A stretch of 64,000 bases of DNA. Source: Christensenellaceae bacterium. GTDB lineage: Bacteria > Bacillota > Clostridia > Christensenellales > Borkfalkiaceae. This document shows positions 17,286 through 27,744 of this stretch, one piece after another. The DNA lies in assembly GCA_045657285.1 (NCBI GenBank), contig JAZOST010000007.1:15016-79015 (forward strand), in the 5' to 3' direction. The notes beneath the pieces were generated by a model. That model saw nothing but the letters and a program-made list of their open reading frames with translations, made no database searches and was not told the origin of the DNA. The position numbers and the translations under genes are program-made. The first letter of the stretch is position 1; each line of letters opens with the position of its first letter.

Positions 17286-18373
17286 ATTACCCCTTAAAAA
17301 CAAGGCAAATTTGCTTTTTTGCTATTGCCTTTTTGCCTATTACAAAACTTTTTATGATGTCTAGCGTGGTTGCTAGCGTTTCTAAAGAAGATATGTGGAT
17401 TTCCTTATTACTCAACGTAATTGCTGATTTTTTAACCCTTTTTGCGCTTTTAGCACTCGTTAAAAATGAAGAAGGTACGCTTAAAGATATACTCACTAAT
17501 GCGATAGGCGAAAAAGCAACTAAAATTTTACTTTTAGTCTACGCTGTTTACTTTATATTTAAAGCAATTATTCCGTTTAACGAGCAAGAAGCGTACGTTA
17601 TTCAAACTCTTTATTTAACAATGCCTAACGCTTTGGCGTTTTTACCCGTATTTATTATTCCCGTGTATCTGTCTAGCAAAAAACTTCGCGTTTTGGGAAG
17701 ATGCGCCGATATTGTTTGGATTTTTACCCTTATAGGTTTTATTTTAATAATCGCTTTATCTATAGGAAATATTAACCTTAATTCTTTGCTCCCCGTAGGC
17801 GCAAACAACTTAAAAAACATTACTAAAGGTTCAACTAAAGCGCTTGTTTGGTTTGGCGATAGCGCATATTTTTTATTCTTTTTAGGAAATTTTAATAAAG
17901 ATAAAAATTATAGGCTAAAAATTCTTTTATGTTTTGCACTTTCACTGTTATTTGTTCTTCTATTTGCAGTGATTTTTTGGTGTACTTTTACGTCTATAGC
18001 GTTTAGACAAAGGTTTGCTTTAACTGAAATTTCAAAATATATGACGGTTATAAATAATATCGGTAGGTTTGACTATTTTGCGATATTCCTACTCCTTTTT
18101 GGCGGAGTTTTTTCTTTATCACTACCTATTTTTTTTGCATCAAGAATTCTTGCGGACGTTTTTAACGTGAAAAATAAATATATTTGCCCAATAATTTTAA
18201 CCGCAATAGTATGTTTTATTTCTATTTTTCTAAATAAGTTTTTCGTTAGCATTGAAAACTTTTTAATAAACGACGCTTATATTATTTTTCTAATTTTCGG
18301 AAACGTAGTGCCTATTTTAATAGGTCTTAGCACTAGACTTCACACAAGGAGAAAAATTTATGAAGCACAATAA
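17282..18373 (+). CDS. Spore germination receptor B subunit (GerAB-type permease)
   Basis: 363 aa with about 10 TM segments. ATGA overlap with the A-subunit stop. Confidence 0.85.
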   Translation: MNYPLKTRQICFFAIAFLPITKLFMMSSVVASVSKEDMWISLLLNVIADFLTLFALLALVKNEEGTLKDILTNAIGEKATKILLLVYAVYFIFKAIIPFNEQEAYVIQTLYLTMPNALAFLPVFIIPVYLSSKKLRVLGRCADIVWIFTLIGFILIIALSIGNINLNSLLPVGANNLKNITKGSTKALVWFGDSAYFLFFLGNFNKDKNYRLKILLCFALSLLFVLLFAVIFWCTFTSIAFRQRFALTEISKYMTVINNIGRFDYFAIFLLLFGGVFSLSLPIFFASRILADVFNVKNKYICPIILTAIVCFISIFLNKFFVSIENFLINDAYIIFLIFGNVVPILIGLSTRLHTRRKIYEAQ

Positions 18374-19553
18374 AATAAAACTATTACTAGTTTCTCTATT
18401 CGTTATAGTAACTTTGTTTTTTTCTAACGATTTTGGACTCATTGATATTGAGCGTACGGCAATTATAACCGCTTTAGCGATTGACTATACGGATAGCGAT
18501 AGCCTATACGAAGTAACCGCGCAAATAGCCGTACCCGAAGCAACTGATGCCAACACCGAAAGCAAACACGCGCAAATTATAGGAAAAGGCGGAACGATTG
18601 CAGGTGCAATAAAAAACGTGGGCGACGTTTCTGGGTGGTACCCTAATATGAGTTTTTGCAACCTTTTGATTATAAGTAGAGATATGGCTAAAACTAACGT
18701 TTTAACCGCTTTAGACTTTTTTTCTAAAACGCTTAGGCTTCAGGATTCCGCGTTAGTCGTTATGGCTGACGAAAAAGCAAAAGACTTGCTTTACGACAGC
18801 ACACCGCTTGACGATATTTCTTCGTTCGCTCTACAAAAAATTATAATAAAAAACGCCGGCTTTAAAAACGACGTTGTGGTAACTGATATTAAAAACTTTT
18901 GCACGGGGTATTATTCTTCAAATTCGTCGTCCTATATGCCTATAATTAAAACTATTAAACAAAACAAGGAAAGTGAAAGTGGCGAAAAAAGTTCGCCTTC
19001 TAATGCCACTAAAACCCCTTCTAATGGTAATACTTCTAAAGATAATACGCTATTTATTGCGGATACTACCGCACTTTTTAAGGACGGGGTTATGGTTGGC
19101 GAACTTGATAAATACCAAAGTTTTGCATTTAACCTTTTAACGAAAAATATGCGAGATTCTATTTATGAACTTAGCGCAAGCGACGACTTAAACTACCTAG
19201 TTACCGTAAATAAAAATAAAAGAAAAATTAAAATAAACGCAACTGAAAACGAACTTAACATTATAATAACACTTGACCTTTACTGCAAAGTAGGTGACCA
19301 TAATGCGCCCGTATCTGAAAGCGCGCCGTCAAGCAACGTGCGGTTGCCACTTGCCGTGCAAAAAACAGCGGAAGAACTATTTACTCAAAAAATCAACGAA
19401 TTGATAGAAACACAGCGCCAAACGAATTGTGATTTTCTAAATATTAAACAAGAAATTTATAAAAAGAATTTTAAGTTTTATACTACCTATAAAGATAACT
19501 ATTTATCACAAATGAAAGTGGACGTTAGCGTAAACGTTTACGGACAGGAATAA
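18360..19553 (+). CDS. Spore germination receptor C subunit (Ger(x)C family)
   Basis: 397 aa, third gene of the operon, GGAG SD. The ERTAIITALAIDY start of the mature domain is typical. The N-terminal anchor has no Cys. Confidence 0.8.
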   Translation: MKHNKIKLLLVSLFVIVTLFFSNDFGLIDIERTAIITALAIDYTDSDSLYEVTAQIAVPEATDANTESKHAQIIGKGGTIAGAIKNVGDVSGWYPNMSFCNLLIISRDMAKTNVLTALDFFSKTLRLQDSALVVMADEKAKDLLYDSTPLDDISSFALQKIIIKNAGFKNDVVVTDIKNFCTGYYSSNSSSYMPIIKTIKQNKESESGEKSSPSNATKTPSNGNTSKDNTLFIADTTALFKDGVMVGELDKYQSFAFNLLTKNMRDSIYELSASDDLNYLVTVNKNKRKIKINATENELNIIITLDLYCKVGDHNAPVSESAPSSNVRLPLAVQKTAEELFTQKINELIETQRQTNCDFLNIKQEIYKKNFKFYTTYKDNYLSQMKVDVSVNVYGQE

Positions 19554-19555
19554 AA

Positions 19556-19580
19556 AAGGCTCACTATTTAAGTGAGCCTT
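19556..19580. terminator. Bidirectional terminator between the ger operon and the ABC gene
   Basis: Stem aaggctcac/gtgagcctt with a 7-nt loop and A/T-run flanks. Confidence 0.8.
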
Positions 19581-19590
19581 TAATTTTTTA

Positions 19591-22416
19591 TTATAATTGT
19601 CTAATACTTTCAACGGGTGATTTTTTTGCTTCTTGCGAAACGGGAATTGCCGTTGCAACAAACGAAATTACGGACGATATTAAAAGTATCATAAGTATAT
19701 TTATAAATCCGTATTTAATTAAAATTAAACCGCATAATCCGTAAATAAAGTTGTTAAGTATTGCACAAACGACAAAACCTAATATGCTTGCTACCGCAAA
19801 GCAAATTATTGACAGAACTATTGATTCGGCAAAGAATATTTTGAATACGTCTGCACCCCTTGCACCTACCGCTCTTAAAATACCTATCTCTTTTCGTTTT
19901 GCCGTAATTGAAACAGATATAAAGTTTAGTAGCATTAGCGCAGAGAATACGCCGACTACCGCCGCTGCAATAATGAATATTTGCTTAATTTGGTTTATCA
20001 TACCCATTACGTCGTTACTGAAAAGCGTTTTATATTCGTCATTTACAAGCCCGAAGAATATAGTTCCCCTTGCTTCAAGCATATATGAAAGTTGAGATAC
20101 TGAATTATTAGTATGCGAAACAGCGTAGTTGTATTTTTCGTTTTCGCTTCTTACGTAGTCGGTAATACGTCTATTAACCGTATGTTCGTTTACTACTGCA
20201 AATTCGTATAAGAATTGGTCGTTTAAGACGTAGTTTCTAACGGTTATAGTAGAGAAGTCATAATATCCTTTTATAGCAAATTCAACTACTTCACCGCTAT
20301 AATTCTTAAAGAATACTTTAGCGTTTGCTATTTCCGCCCTATCCGCGTAGTTTGGCATCAATTCGTTGAACATTGTTTTAGAAATGTAAAGTTCTCTATC
20401 ACCAAGTTCAAATTTTTGTTCTATTCCGTAAACGTCGTAGAACTTAAACACGTCCTTTCTAGCGTTTACGATTGATGACGTATAGAAGTTCATAGCATCA
20501 GTATTTAAGTTTGCGTATTCCTTGGTAGGTTCAGAGCCTATAAGACTTACTATACCCCTTGCCCTTACCGCAGTTGGAACGGGTGGGTTTACGGTAGTTA
20601 TATAACCTTGGTATGCAGTATAAAAATCGGGAGAAACAAAACCTATAGTTTCAAAACTTCTAGTTAAATTGTTTTTAAGTTCTAAAATCTTTTCTGCACG
20701 ATATTTATTTTCTTCTTCCGTTTCAAATCTTGACTTAATCGCATAATATTCGCTTAAATCAGACGCCTTAAATACGCCTACGATTTTCACTCTTATTTCA
20801 AAAGAGCCTTTAAGTCTTAGATACCTTTCCGCATTAACTAAATCACTAGGTGAAGAATACCCTGAGTTAGGTTGGTCCTTAATCATATTGTAAACGTATT
20901 CGCTTACCGCTATTTCCTTAATGGTTTCGGGATATCTACCTGCAAGCATTTCAATAGCGTTATCTTCCATATATTCTTCGCCCGCATCAGAGAAACCAAA
21001 AAGCGAACGAACGGAATAGAATTCAGAATAGTCCTTATTTACGCCGTATGTAACTTCCATATTGAAAGGTTTAATGTTACTTTGCGCTTCCGCACTAGCA
21101 AAACTAAATACACCCGCAAAATTAAGACCTTTATTATTGTCGTTAAGCGTGGTAATATCATCCGGCGTGAAAAGCGCTTTAAGACTACCCGTTTCACTTT
21201 TTTCAAGTTGCTCTTCACCATCTTCGTTTACAAATATTTGTTGGTCTTCATAGTTGTAGTTTCTATCTAAAACTACACTTCTATATTTGTCTTCAGATAG
21301 AGCCTTGCTCATAGTATATGCAGGATTATACAACATAAACGTTGACATAACGCCAAACATACAGAACGCTAAAACTGAAAGGAAAATTGTAAACACAAGT
21401 CTTACAGGTTTTGCTTTAAGACCGCTTACACCCATTTTAATTGCGTTTTCAAGCGGTAGTTTTGACTTAATAAAGGTAGTGTCGCTTGGCTCGTATGATT
21501 TAATGTTTAAACCACCCGTTCTCTTAAAGTTGCGTTTTTCACCACCTTCGGAAATACCACAAGCCTGTTTAACGTCTTTAAGTTCGTCAACACCCGCTGT
21601 TAAAACGGCTTCCTTGCCATTTTGTTTTACGGCGTTTAAAATTTTCTTGATTTCATCTTCGGTAACGTTATTTACGTCCTTAATAATTGCGGTTTTTCCG
21701 TCTATAATACTTACGTTTTCACTTACGGTTTCCGCCTTGCTATTATATTTAGAAATATCAGATATTACTTTGCCGTCAGAAAGTTCTATAATACGGTCGG
21801 CATAGCGTTCAGCAAAATCACGGTCGTGCGATACTACTATTACAAGTTTATTTTTTGAAAGTTCTTTCAAAAGTTCAAAAACTTGTTCGCCGGTATTAGA
21901 GTCAAGCGCGCCAGTAGGTTCGTCCGCCATAATAATTTCGGGGTCTTTAATAAGCGCCCTTGCGATTGCTATTCTTTGCTTTTGACCACCTGAAAGTGTA
22001 TTAGGCTTTCTATCACCTAATTCTTCAAGGTCAACTTTTCTTAAAATTTCTTTAACCTTTTCCGCATCGCCTTCTTTTCCTTGAAGTTTAAGCGCGAGCG
22101 AAATGTTTTCTTCTAAAGTAAATTCGTCTAAAAGGTTATAGTCTTGGAATATAAACCCAACGAAAGTATTTCTATAACTATCAAAGTCCGCAGGGGTAAA
22201 ATCTTTGCTGTTCCTACCTTTGATAATTATTTCGCCACTATCAGGTACGTCAAGACCACCTATAAGGTTAAGCATTGTTGACTTACCAGAGCCACTTTTA
22301 CCAAGCAAGAAAACCATACCCTTATCTTCAAACTGAATGGATATATCGTCAACTGCTCTTACGGTTAAGCCGTTTTTTGAATTGTATATTTTTTCAATAT
22401 TTCTAAGTTCTAGCAT
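19591..22416 (-). CDS. Fused ABC transporter ATP-binding/FtsX-type permease (MacB-like)
   Basis: 941 aa. N-terminal ATPase with [17 protein letters not shown] and IIMADEPT. One TM near aa 340, a long extracytoplasmic region, and a C-terminal FtsX-like 3-TM bundle. Confidence 0.85.
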   Translation of the reverse strand: MLELRNIEKIYNSKNGLTVRAVDDISIQFEDKGMVFLLGKSGSGKSTMLNLIGGLDVPDSGEIIIKGRNSKDFTPADFDSYRNTFVGFIFQDYNLLDEFTLEENISLALKLQGKEGDAEKVKEILRKVDLEELGDRKPNTLSGGQKQRIAIARALIKDPEIIMADEPTGALDSNTGEQVFELLKELSKNKLVIVVSHDRDFAERYADRIIELSDGKVISDISKYNSKAETVSENVSIIDGKTAIIKDVNNVTEDEIKKILNAVKQNGKEAVLTAGVDELKDVKQACGISEGGEKRNFKRTGGLNIKSYEPSDTTFIKSKLPLENAIKMGVSGLKAKPVRLVFTIFLSVLAFCMFGVMSTFMLYNPAYTMSKALSEDKYRSVVLDRNYNYEDQQIFVNEDGEEQLEKSETGSLKALFTPDDITTLNDNNKGLNFAGVFSFASAEAQSNIKPFNMEVTYGVNKDYSEFYSVRSLFGFSDAGEEYMEDNAIEMLAGRYPETIKEIAVSEYVYNMIKDQPNSGYSSPSDLVNAERYLRLKGSFEIRVKIVGVFKASDLSEYYAIKSRFETEEENKYRAEKILELKNNLTRSFETIGFVSPDFYTAYQGYITTVNPPVPTAVRARGIVSLIGSEPTKEYANLNTDAMNFYTSSIVNARKDVFKFYDVYGIEQKFELGDRELYISKTMFNELMPNYADRAEIANAKVFFKNYSGEVVEFAIKGYYDFSTITVRNYVLNDQFLYEFAVVNEHTVNRRITDYVRSENEKYNYAVSHTNNSVSQLSYMLEARGTIFFGLVNDEYKTLFSNDVMGMINQIKQIFIIAAAVVGVFSALMLLNFISVSITAKRKEIGILRAVGARGADVFKIFFAESIVLSIICFAVASILGFVVCAILNNFIYGLCGLILIKYGFINILMILLISSVISFVATAIPVSQEAKKSPVESIRQL

Positions 22417-22432
22417 TTAAGTATGTCCTTTG

Positions 22433-22969
22433 TTAAAATCTTCTCGTTTGTAAAACTTTTCCGTCCAAATCTTTAAGCACAATTTCATCTTCGTCTATCA
22501 CAATATAACTTGCGCTAGTGTTATTTTTAGGAAGTGATATTGAACCTGCATTTGCTACTATCGTACCATCTTTTTCTTCAATAAATCCGGTATGAAAGTG
22601 TCCGTAAATAACAGCGTCATACCTGGTTTTTGGCATAGCGTCTTTATTATAAACGTGACCGTGCGTTAAAAAAACCGTTTTGCCGTTTATAACTAAACAC
22701 GCGTTTTCAATAAAATCAAATTCAGAAATCATAGAATCAACAGCGCTATCGCAATTGCCTTTTATTACTATTAAATTTTCCTTAATAGAATTTAGCGCGC
22801 TTGCTACTTCCATAGGTGCGTATTCTTCTGGGAACGGATTCCTTGGGCCGTGATTAAAAACGTCGCCAAGAAGTATTAACTTTTGTGTGTTTTCCGCTTT
22901 AACCCTTTCCAAAACTTTTTTAAGTCTAGCGTAAGAGCCGTGAACGTCTGATGCAATTAAAATTTTCAT
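22433..22969 (-). CDS. YfcE/MJ0936-family metallophosphoesterase
   Basis: ATG at 22969 with an AGGAAAA SD. Motifs DVHGS, GDVFNHGPRN, GNCD and GHFH. Confidence 0.85.
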   Translation of the reverse strand: MKILIASDVHGSYARLKKVLERVKAENTQKLILLGDVFNHGPRNPFPEEYAPMEVASALNSIKENLIVIKGNCDSAVDSMISEFDFIENACLVINGKTVFLTHGHVYNKDAMPKTRYDAVIYGHFHTGFIEEKDGTIVANAGSISLPKNNTSASYIVIDEDEIVLKDLDGKVLQTRRF

Positions 22970-23066
22970 AGTATTTTCCTTAATACACAACTTTTTTATT
23001 ATACGATATTTTAGGTGTAAATATAAATTGCAAAAAAAACAATTATTTTATTGCAATTCATATAAT

Positions 23067-23771
23067 TTATTTATTAATTAAATCAATTACAACTTGTTTA
23101 GCAATTAGTAGCCCTGCTGATGCAGGAACAAAAATCATTGAAGGTTGTTTTTGCTTTTTGCCGTTTTCAAAGCAAGAAGTGGTTGGCTTTATAGGTTCTT
23201 CTAGCGAATATAACGCTAAAACGCCCGTTATTCCCCTATCTTTAAGTTCCTTTCTCATAACCCTAGCAAGCGGACAAACGCTTGTTTTAGAAATATCGGC
23301 TATCCTTAAACTTAAAGGGTCAAGTTTTCCGCCCGTACCCATACAAGTAATTACGGGAACGCTTTTTTCTTTTGCCTTTCTTATAATTTCTATTTTAGCG
23401 GTTACCGTATCAACGGCGTCCACTACGTAGTCGTAATTTTCAAAGGCAATTTCGTTTGAATTTTCGGGCATAAAGAATATCTTTTTTGCTTTTACCTTTA
23501 TATCGGGATTTATTTGTTTAAGCCTTTCTTCAAAAACTTTAACTTTATCTTGCCCTACGCTACTATTTAGTGCGATTATTTGGCGATTTATATTGCTTTC
23601 GTCAATAGTGTCACCGTCAAAAATATGTATTTCACCAACACCACTTCTAGCAAGCGCTTCTACCGTGAAACCACCCACGCCACCTACGCCGAATACCGCT
23701 ACGCGTTTATTTATTAACGAATTTATTTTTTCTTTGCCAATTAAAAGTTCGGCTCTTTCAAAAAAAACCAT
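23067..23771 (-). CDS. tcdA: tRNA threonylcarbamoyladenosine dehydratase (ThiF/E1-like)
   Basis: 234 aa with GVGGVGG Rossmann motif, NINRQ, and a conserved Cys region typical of TcdA/CsdL. Confidence 0.8.
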   Translation of the reverse strand: MVFFERAELLIGKEKINSLINKRVAVFGVGGVGGFTVEALARSGVGEIHIFDGDTIDESNINRQIIALNSSVGQDKVKVFEERLKQINPDIKVKAKKIFFMPENSNEIAFENYDYVVDAVDTVTAKIEIIRKAKEKSVPVITCMGTGGKLDPLSLRIADISKTSVCPLARVMRKELKDRGITGVLALYSLEEPIKPTTSCFENGKKQKQPSMIFVPASAGLLIAKQVVIDLINK

Positions 23772-23772
23772 T

Positions 23773-24759
23773 TTATAGTAAATATATTCCCTTTTCAGCG
23801 TTTTCTTTTATGCTTTCTTCAGACCATACCGACGCTTGAACTTCACCGATATGTGCTTTTTTAAGGAAGAACATGCAAAGCCTTGATTGCCCTATGCCAC
23901 CGCCCATAGTAAGCGGAAGTTCGCCGTTTATTACTGCTTTGCAGTAAGGGTTTGAAAGTTTTTCGTATTCTTTACGCTTTTTAAGTTGTTTAACTATACT
24001 AACTTCGTCAACCCTTATACCCATTGAAGAAATTTCTAAAGCGCTATCAATGGTATCAAACCACAATAAAATATCGCCGTTAAGTTTCCAGTCATCATAA
24101 TCAGCCGCTCTGCCGTCGTGCGGTTTGCCGTCAGATAAATTCCACCCGATTTGGTAAATGAATACCGCGCCGTACTTTTTAGTGATAGCATTTTCGCGTT
24201 CTTTTCTTGAAAGATTTGGGTACTCTTTTTCTAATTCCTTCGTAGAAATAAAGGTAATTTCTTTGGGAAGTTCTAAAGGAAGTTCGGGGTATTTTTTCTC
24301 TACTAATTTACCAACCTTAAGTAGCACGTTGTAAATTTTTCTTACAGTTGCTTTTAAGTGCGAAAGTCTTCTTTCACTGCGCTTTATAATCTTTTCCCAG
24401 TCCCATTGGTCAACGTAAACGGAGTGAATACGGTCTAAATCCTCGTCGCGCCTAATGGCGTTCATATCCGTATAAAGCCCCGTACCTATTGGGAATTCAT
24501 ATTTAGCAAGTGCCATTCTTTTCCACTTTGCAAGCGATTGAACGATTTCAACGTCCTTTTTAAGCGACAAAATGTCAAACCTAACCGCCCTTTCGTAGCC
24601 GTTTAGGTTGTCGTTAAGCCCCGTTTCGGGTTGCACGAATAGTGGCGCTGAAACTCTAGTTAGTTTTAGCGCTTTTGCTAGTTCTTTCTCAAAGTTGTCC
24701 TTAATGAACTTTATTGCTATTTCAGTTTCTAATAAACTTAAAACCGATTTATACTTCAT
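23773..24759 (-). CDS. asnA: Aspartate--ammonia ligase
   Basis: 328 aa. The AsnA-like sequence runs throughout (RVSAPLFV, DQWDWEK, GGGIGQSRLCMF). Confidence 0.9.
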   Translation of the reverse strand: MKYKSVLSLLETEIAIKFIKDNFEKELAKALKLTRVSAPLFVQPETGLNDNLNGYERAVRFDILSLKKDVEIVQSLAKWKRMALAKYEFPIGTGLYTDMNAIRRDEDLDRIHSVYVDQWDWEKIIKRSERRLSHLKATVRKIYNVLLKVGKLVEKKYPELPLELPKEITFISTKELEKEYPNLSRKERENAITKKYGAVFIYQIGWNLSDGKPHDGRAADYDDWKLNGDILLWFDTIDSALEISSMGIRVDEVSIVKQLKKRKEYEKLSNPYCKAVINGELPLTMGGGIGQSRLCMFFLKKAHIGEVQASVWSEESIKENAEKGIYLL

Positions 24760-24768
24760 TTTTTCTCC

Positions 24769-26004
24769 TTAGTATATAGGGTGAGCGTCCGTAAGTTTTT
24801 TAACTTCTGCCTTTACGTAGTCGTAAGCGTCTTGTTTCTTTTCAATAATCATTGCAATAAGTTCGGCAATATGTGCACATTCGCTTTCGTTAAAGCCCCT
24901 AGTGGTAATGCTTGGCGTACCAAGTCTTATACCACTAGTGATTGCGGGTTTTTTTGTATCAAACGGAATTGCGTTCTTGTTTACCGTAATATTTACTTCG
25001 TCAAGCATTGTTTCAAGTTCTTTGCCCGTTACGTCTTTATCACTTAAGTCTAAAAGCATTAAGTGGTTGTCCGTACCGCCTGATACAAGTTTAACGCCAA
25101 GTTCGGTAAACTTATCAGCCATTGCTTTTGCATTTTTAATAATTTGTTCTTGATATGTTTTGAATTCAGGTTTAAGCGCTTCGCCGAAAGCAACTGCCTT
25201 ACCTGCTATAACGTGCATTAAAGGACCGCCTTGAGTTCCGGGGAATACCGCTTTATCAATAATTTTAGCGAATTGTTCTTTGCATAAAATCATACCGCCC
25301 CTTGGACCGCGTAAAGTCTTGTGAGTGGTGGTGGTTACAAAGTCAGCGTAAGGTACTGGGTTAGGATGAAGACCGGTTGCTACTAAACCTGCAATGTGCG
25401 CCATATCTACCATCATATATGCGCCAACTTTGTCACAAATTTCTCTAATTCTCTTAAAATCAATAATTCTTGGGTATGCAGATGCACCGCAAACTAAAAT
25501 TTTGGGTTTGTTTTCTACTGCAATTTTTTCCATTTCGTCGTAGTCAATAACACACGCACCTTCAGAAACGCCGTAACTTACTACGTTAAAATACTTACCA
25601 GAAACTGCTACGGGGCTACCATGTGTTAAGTGCCCGCCGTGAGCAAGGCTCATGCCCATAATGGTATCACCGGGGTTAAGTACTGCAAAATATACCGCAA
25701 AGTTAGCGTTTGCGCCAGAGTGTGGTTGAACGTTAGCGTGTTCTGCACCGAATAATTTTTTTGCTCTTTCTATTGCAAGTGTTTCAGCAATATCAACGAA
25801 TTCACAACCGCCGTAGTATCTTTTAGCGGGATAGCCTTCGGCATATTTATTAGTAAGCACACTACCCATTGCTTGCATAACCGCTTCAGAAACGAAGTTT
25901 TCGCTTGCAATAAGTTCAATGTTATTTCTTTGCCTATTAAGTTCAAGGCTCATAGCCTCGTAAAGTTCAGGGTCTGCGTTTTTCATAAGTGTTAAGTCAA
26001 CCAT
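24769..26004 (-). CDS. glyA: Serine hydroxymethyltransferase
   Basis: ATG at 26004 with an AGGAGA SD. LIASENF and the PLP-lysine motif [13 protein letters not shown] are present. Confidence 0.95.
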   Translation of the reverse strand: MVDLTLMKNADPELYEAMSLELNRQRNNIELIASENFVSEAVMQAMGSVLTNKYAEGYPAKRYYGGCEFVDIAETLAIERAKKLFGAEHANVQPHSGANANFAVYFAVLNPGDTIMGMSLAHGGHLTHGSPVAVSGKYFNVVSYGVSEGACVIDYDEMEKIAVENKPKILVCGASAYPRIIDFKRIREICDKVGAYMMVDMAHIAGLVATGLHPNPVPYADFVTTTTHKTLRGPRGGMILCKEQFAKIIDKAVFPGTQGGPLMHVIAGKAVAFGEALKPEFKTYQEQIIKNAKAMADKFTELGVKLVSGGTDNHLMLLDLSDKDVTGKELETMLDEVNITVNKNAIPFDTKKPAITSGIRLGTPSITTRGFNESECAHIAELIAMIIEKKQDAYDYVKAEVKKLTDAHPIY

Positions 26005-26063
26005 TTTTATATCTCCTAAATGTTTTTTACAAAAGTTAATTAAAATTTTTGGCAATCGCCTTT

Positions 26064-26483
26064 TTATATTTGCTCTTCGCTTTTTATAATGGCAGTAATA
26101 ACCGAATAATAAGTTACGCTCTTTTTTAATTTCTTATCAATTATAGCCAAAATAGCGTACCACGAAACAAATGATATTGCGCTTAAAATAAATATCCAAT
26201 TTTCTTTTTGAATGATAAAATAACCGATTAGCGCACTAATTAGTATCAAAATTAGTGGCATACCGAATACTAGAAAAATGCCTAGCGTTTTTGCTTTAGG
26301 GTTTGTTTCTATAGTAACTACGTCCCCTTGTTTTGCGCCTATATCGTTTTTAGCGTTAAGTACCGCGTAGCCAGCGTTTTTTGGAAACATACACATTCCG
26401 CATTTAGCGCATTCTTCCCTTTTATTTATCTTTACCTTGGCAAAACTTCCTTTTGCTTCGGTTACAAGTGCTTTTTCTATCAT
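26064..26483 (-). CDS. RseC/MucC-family (SoxR-reducing system) membrane protein
   Basis: 139 aa with an N-terminal CAKCGMC cluster followed by two TM helices, as in the RseC family. Confidence 0.7.
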   Translation of the reverse strand: MIEKALVTEAKGSFAKVKINKREECAKCGMCMFPKNAGYAVLNAKNDIGAKQGDVVTIETNPKAKTLGIFLVFGMPLILILISALIGYFIIQKENWIFILSAISFVSWYAILAIIDKKLKKSVTYYSVITAIIKSEEQI

Positions 26484-26484
26484 A

Positions 26485-27735
26485 TTATCTAGTTAAAACT
26501 TTAGAAAGTTCGTTTAGCGGAATTTCTAGTTCTAATCCGTCTTCCATTTTCTTTACTTTGATAACGCCTTTTTCAAGTTCGCTATCCCCTATAACGCCAA
26601 CAAGTTCCGCACCTATTTTATCAGCGTACTTAAATTGCGCCTTAATACTTCTATTTAAATGGTCGCATTCTGCTTTTACGCCTTTAAGTCTTAATTCGTT
26701 AGTAAGTGCAAACGCTTTTTTAGACGCGTTTTCGCCCATTGATGCTATAAAGATTTTAACGGGTTTTTCGTTTGGAATTTCTACGCCCGTGTTTTCCATT
26801 AAAAGAAGTAATCTTTCAATACCGATAGCAAAACCTATGCCTTGCGTGTCGCCACCGCCGATACTCTTAATAAGCCCGTCGTATCTTCCGCCACCGCATA
26901 CCGTACCTTGCGCGCCGATATTATCTGAAACGAATTCAAATACCGTTTTGGTATAATAGTCAAGCCCGCGAACGATACCCGCGTCAACGCCGTATTCTAC
27001 GCCCGCATCTTTAAGTAGTGCTTTTACGCTTTCAAAGTGAGTAGAACAATCTTCACAAATATAGTCTAAAATCTTTGGCGCATTTTTAGTAATTTCCTTA
27101 CAATCTTCGTTCTTACAGTCTAAAATTCTTAAAGGATTTTTAGAAAATCTATCTTGACATAGCGGACAAAGTTTTTCTAAATTTTCTTGCAAGTATTCTT
27201 TTAAGGCTTGTTCGTATTTCGCCCTACAAGTCTTACAACCTATGCTGTTTAAGTAAAGCGAAATATTTATAACGCCAAGTTTATCTAAAAAGGTTTTTGC
27301 AAGAAGTATTACTTCAGCGTCGGTAACGGCACTGCTTGAGCCTAATACTTCAATACCGAATTGGTGGAACTGACGAAGTCTTCCCGCTTGTGGGCGTTCA
27401 TATCTAAAGCAAGGCGTAATGTAGTATAGTTTTACGGGCATTGCAAGTGATTGCATACCGTTTTCTACGAACGACCTTGCAACGCCTGCCGTACCTTCGG
27501 GTTTAAGCGTTATACTTCTGTCGCCCTTATCTAAAAATGTGTACATTTCCTTGTTTACTATATCCGTAGTTTCGCCTACGCCCCTTAAAAATACTTCTGT
27601 ATGTTCAAAGATAGGCGTTCTAATTTCGCCCGCGTTAAATAGTGATGCAATTTCCCTTGCCGTGCTTTCTATATATTGCCATTTATACGCGTCTTTAGGT
27701 AATAAGTCTTTTGTGCCTTTTGGTATGTTTATCAT
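26485..27735 (-). CDS. hisS: Histidine--tRNA ligase
   Basis: 416 aa with class II motifs (FRYERPQAGRLRQFHQ, GGGRYD) and a C-terminal anticodon-binding domain. Confidence 0.95.
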   Translation of the reverse strand: MINIPKGTKDLLPKDAYKWQYIESTAREIASLFNAGEIRTPIFEHTEVFLRGVGETTDIVNKEMYTFLDKGDRSITLKPEGTAGVARSFVENGMQSLAMPVKLYYITPCFRYERPQAGRLRQFHQFGIEVLGSSSAVTDAEVILLAKTFLDKLGVINISLYLNSIGCKTCRAKYEQALKEYLQENLEKLCPLCQDRFSKNPLRILDCKNEDCKEITKNAPKILDYICEDCSTHFESVKALLKDAGVEYGVDAGIVRGLDYYTKTVFEFVSDNIGAQGTVCGGGRYDGLIKSIGGGDTQGIGFAIGIERLLLLMENTGVEIPNEKPVKIFIASMGENASKKAFALTNELRLKGVKAECDHLNRSIKAQFKYADKIGAELVGVIGDSELEKGVIKVKKMEDGLELEIPLNELSKVLTR

Positions 27736-27744
27736 AGTTAATCC

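Noticed and set aside
21287-21805. Long plus-strand ORFs inside minus-strand genes, for example 21287-21805, 26453-26956, 54252-54797, 49359-49748, 40149-40514 and 1466-1738.
   Set aside because: Each lies wholly antisense to a gene with an unambiguous conserved product. Their translations are low-complexity (S/L/F/I/T-rich), they lack SDs, and they are the expected by-product of codon bias in AT-rich DNA.
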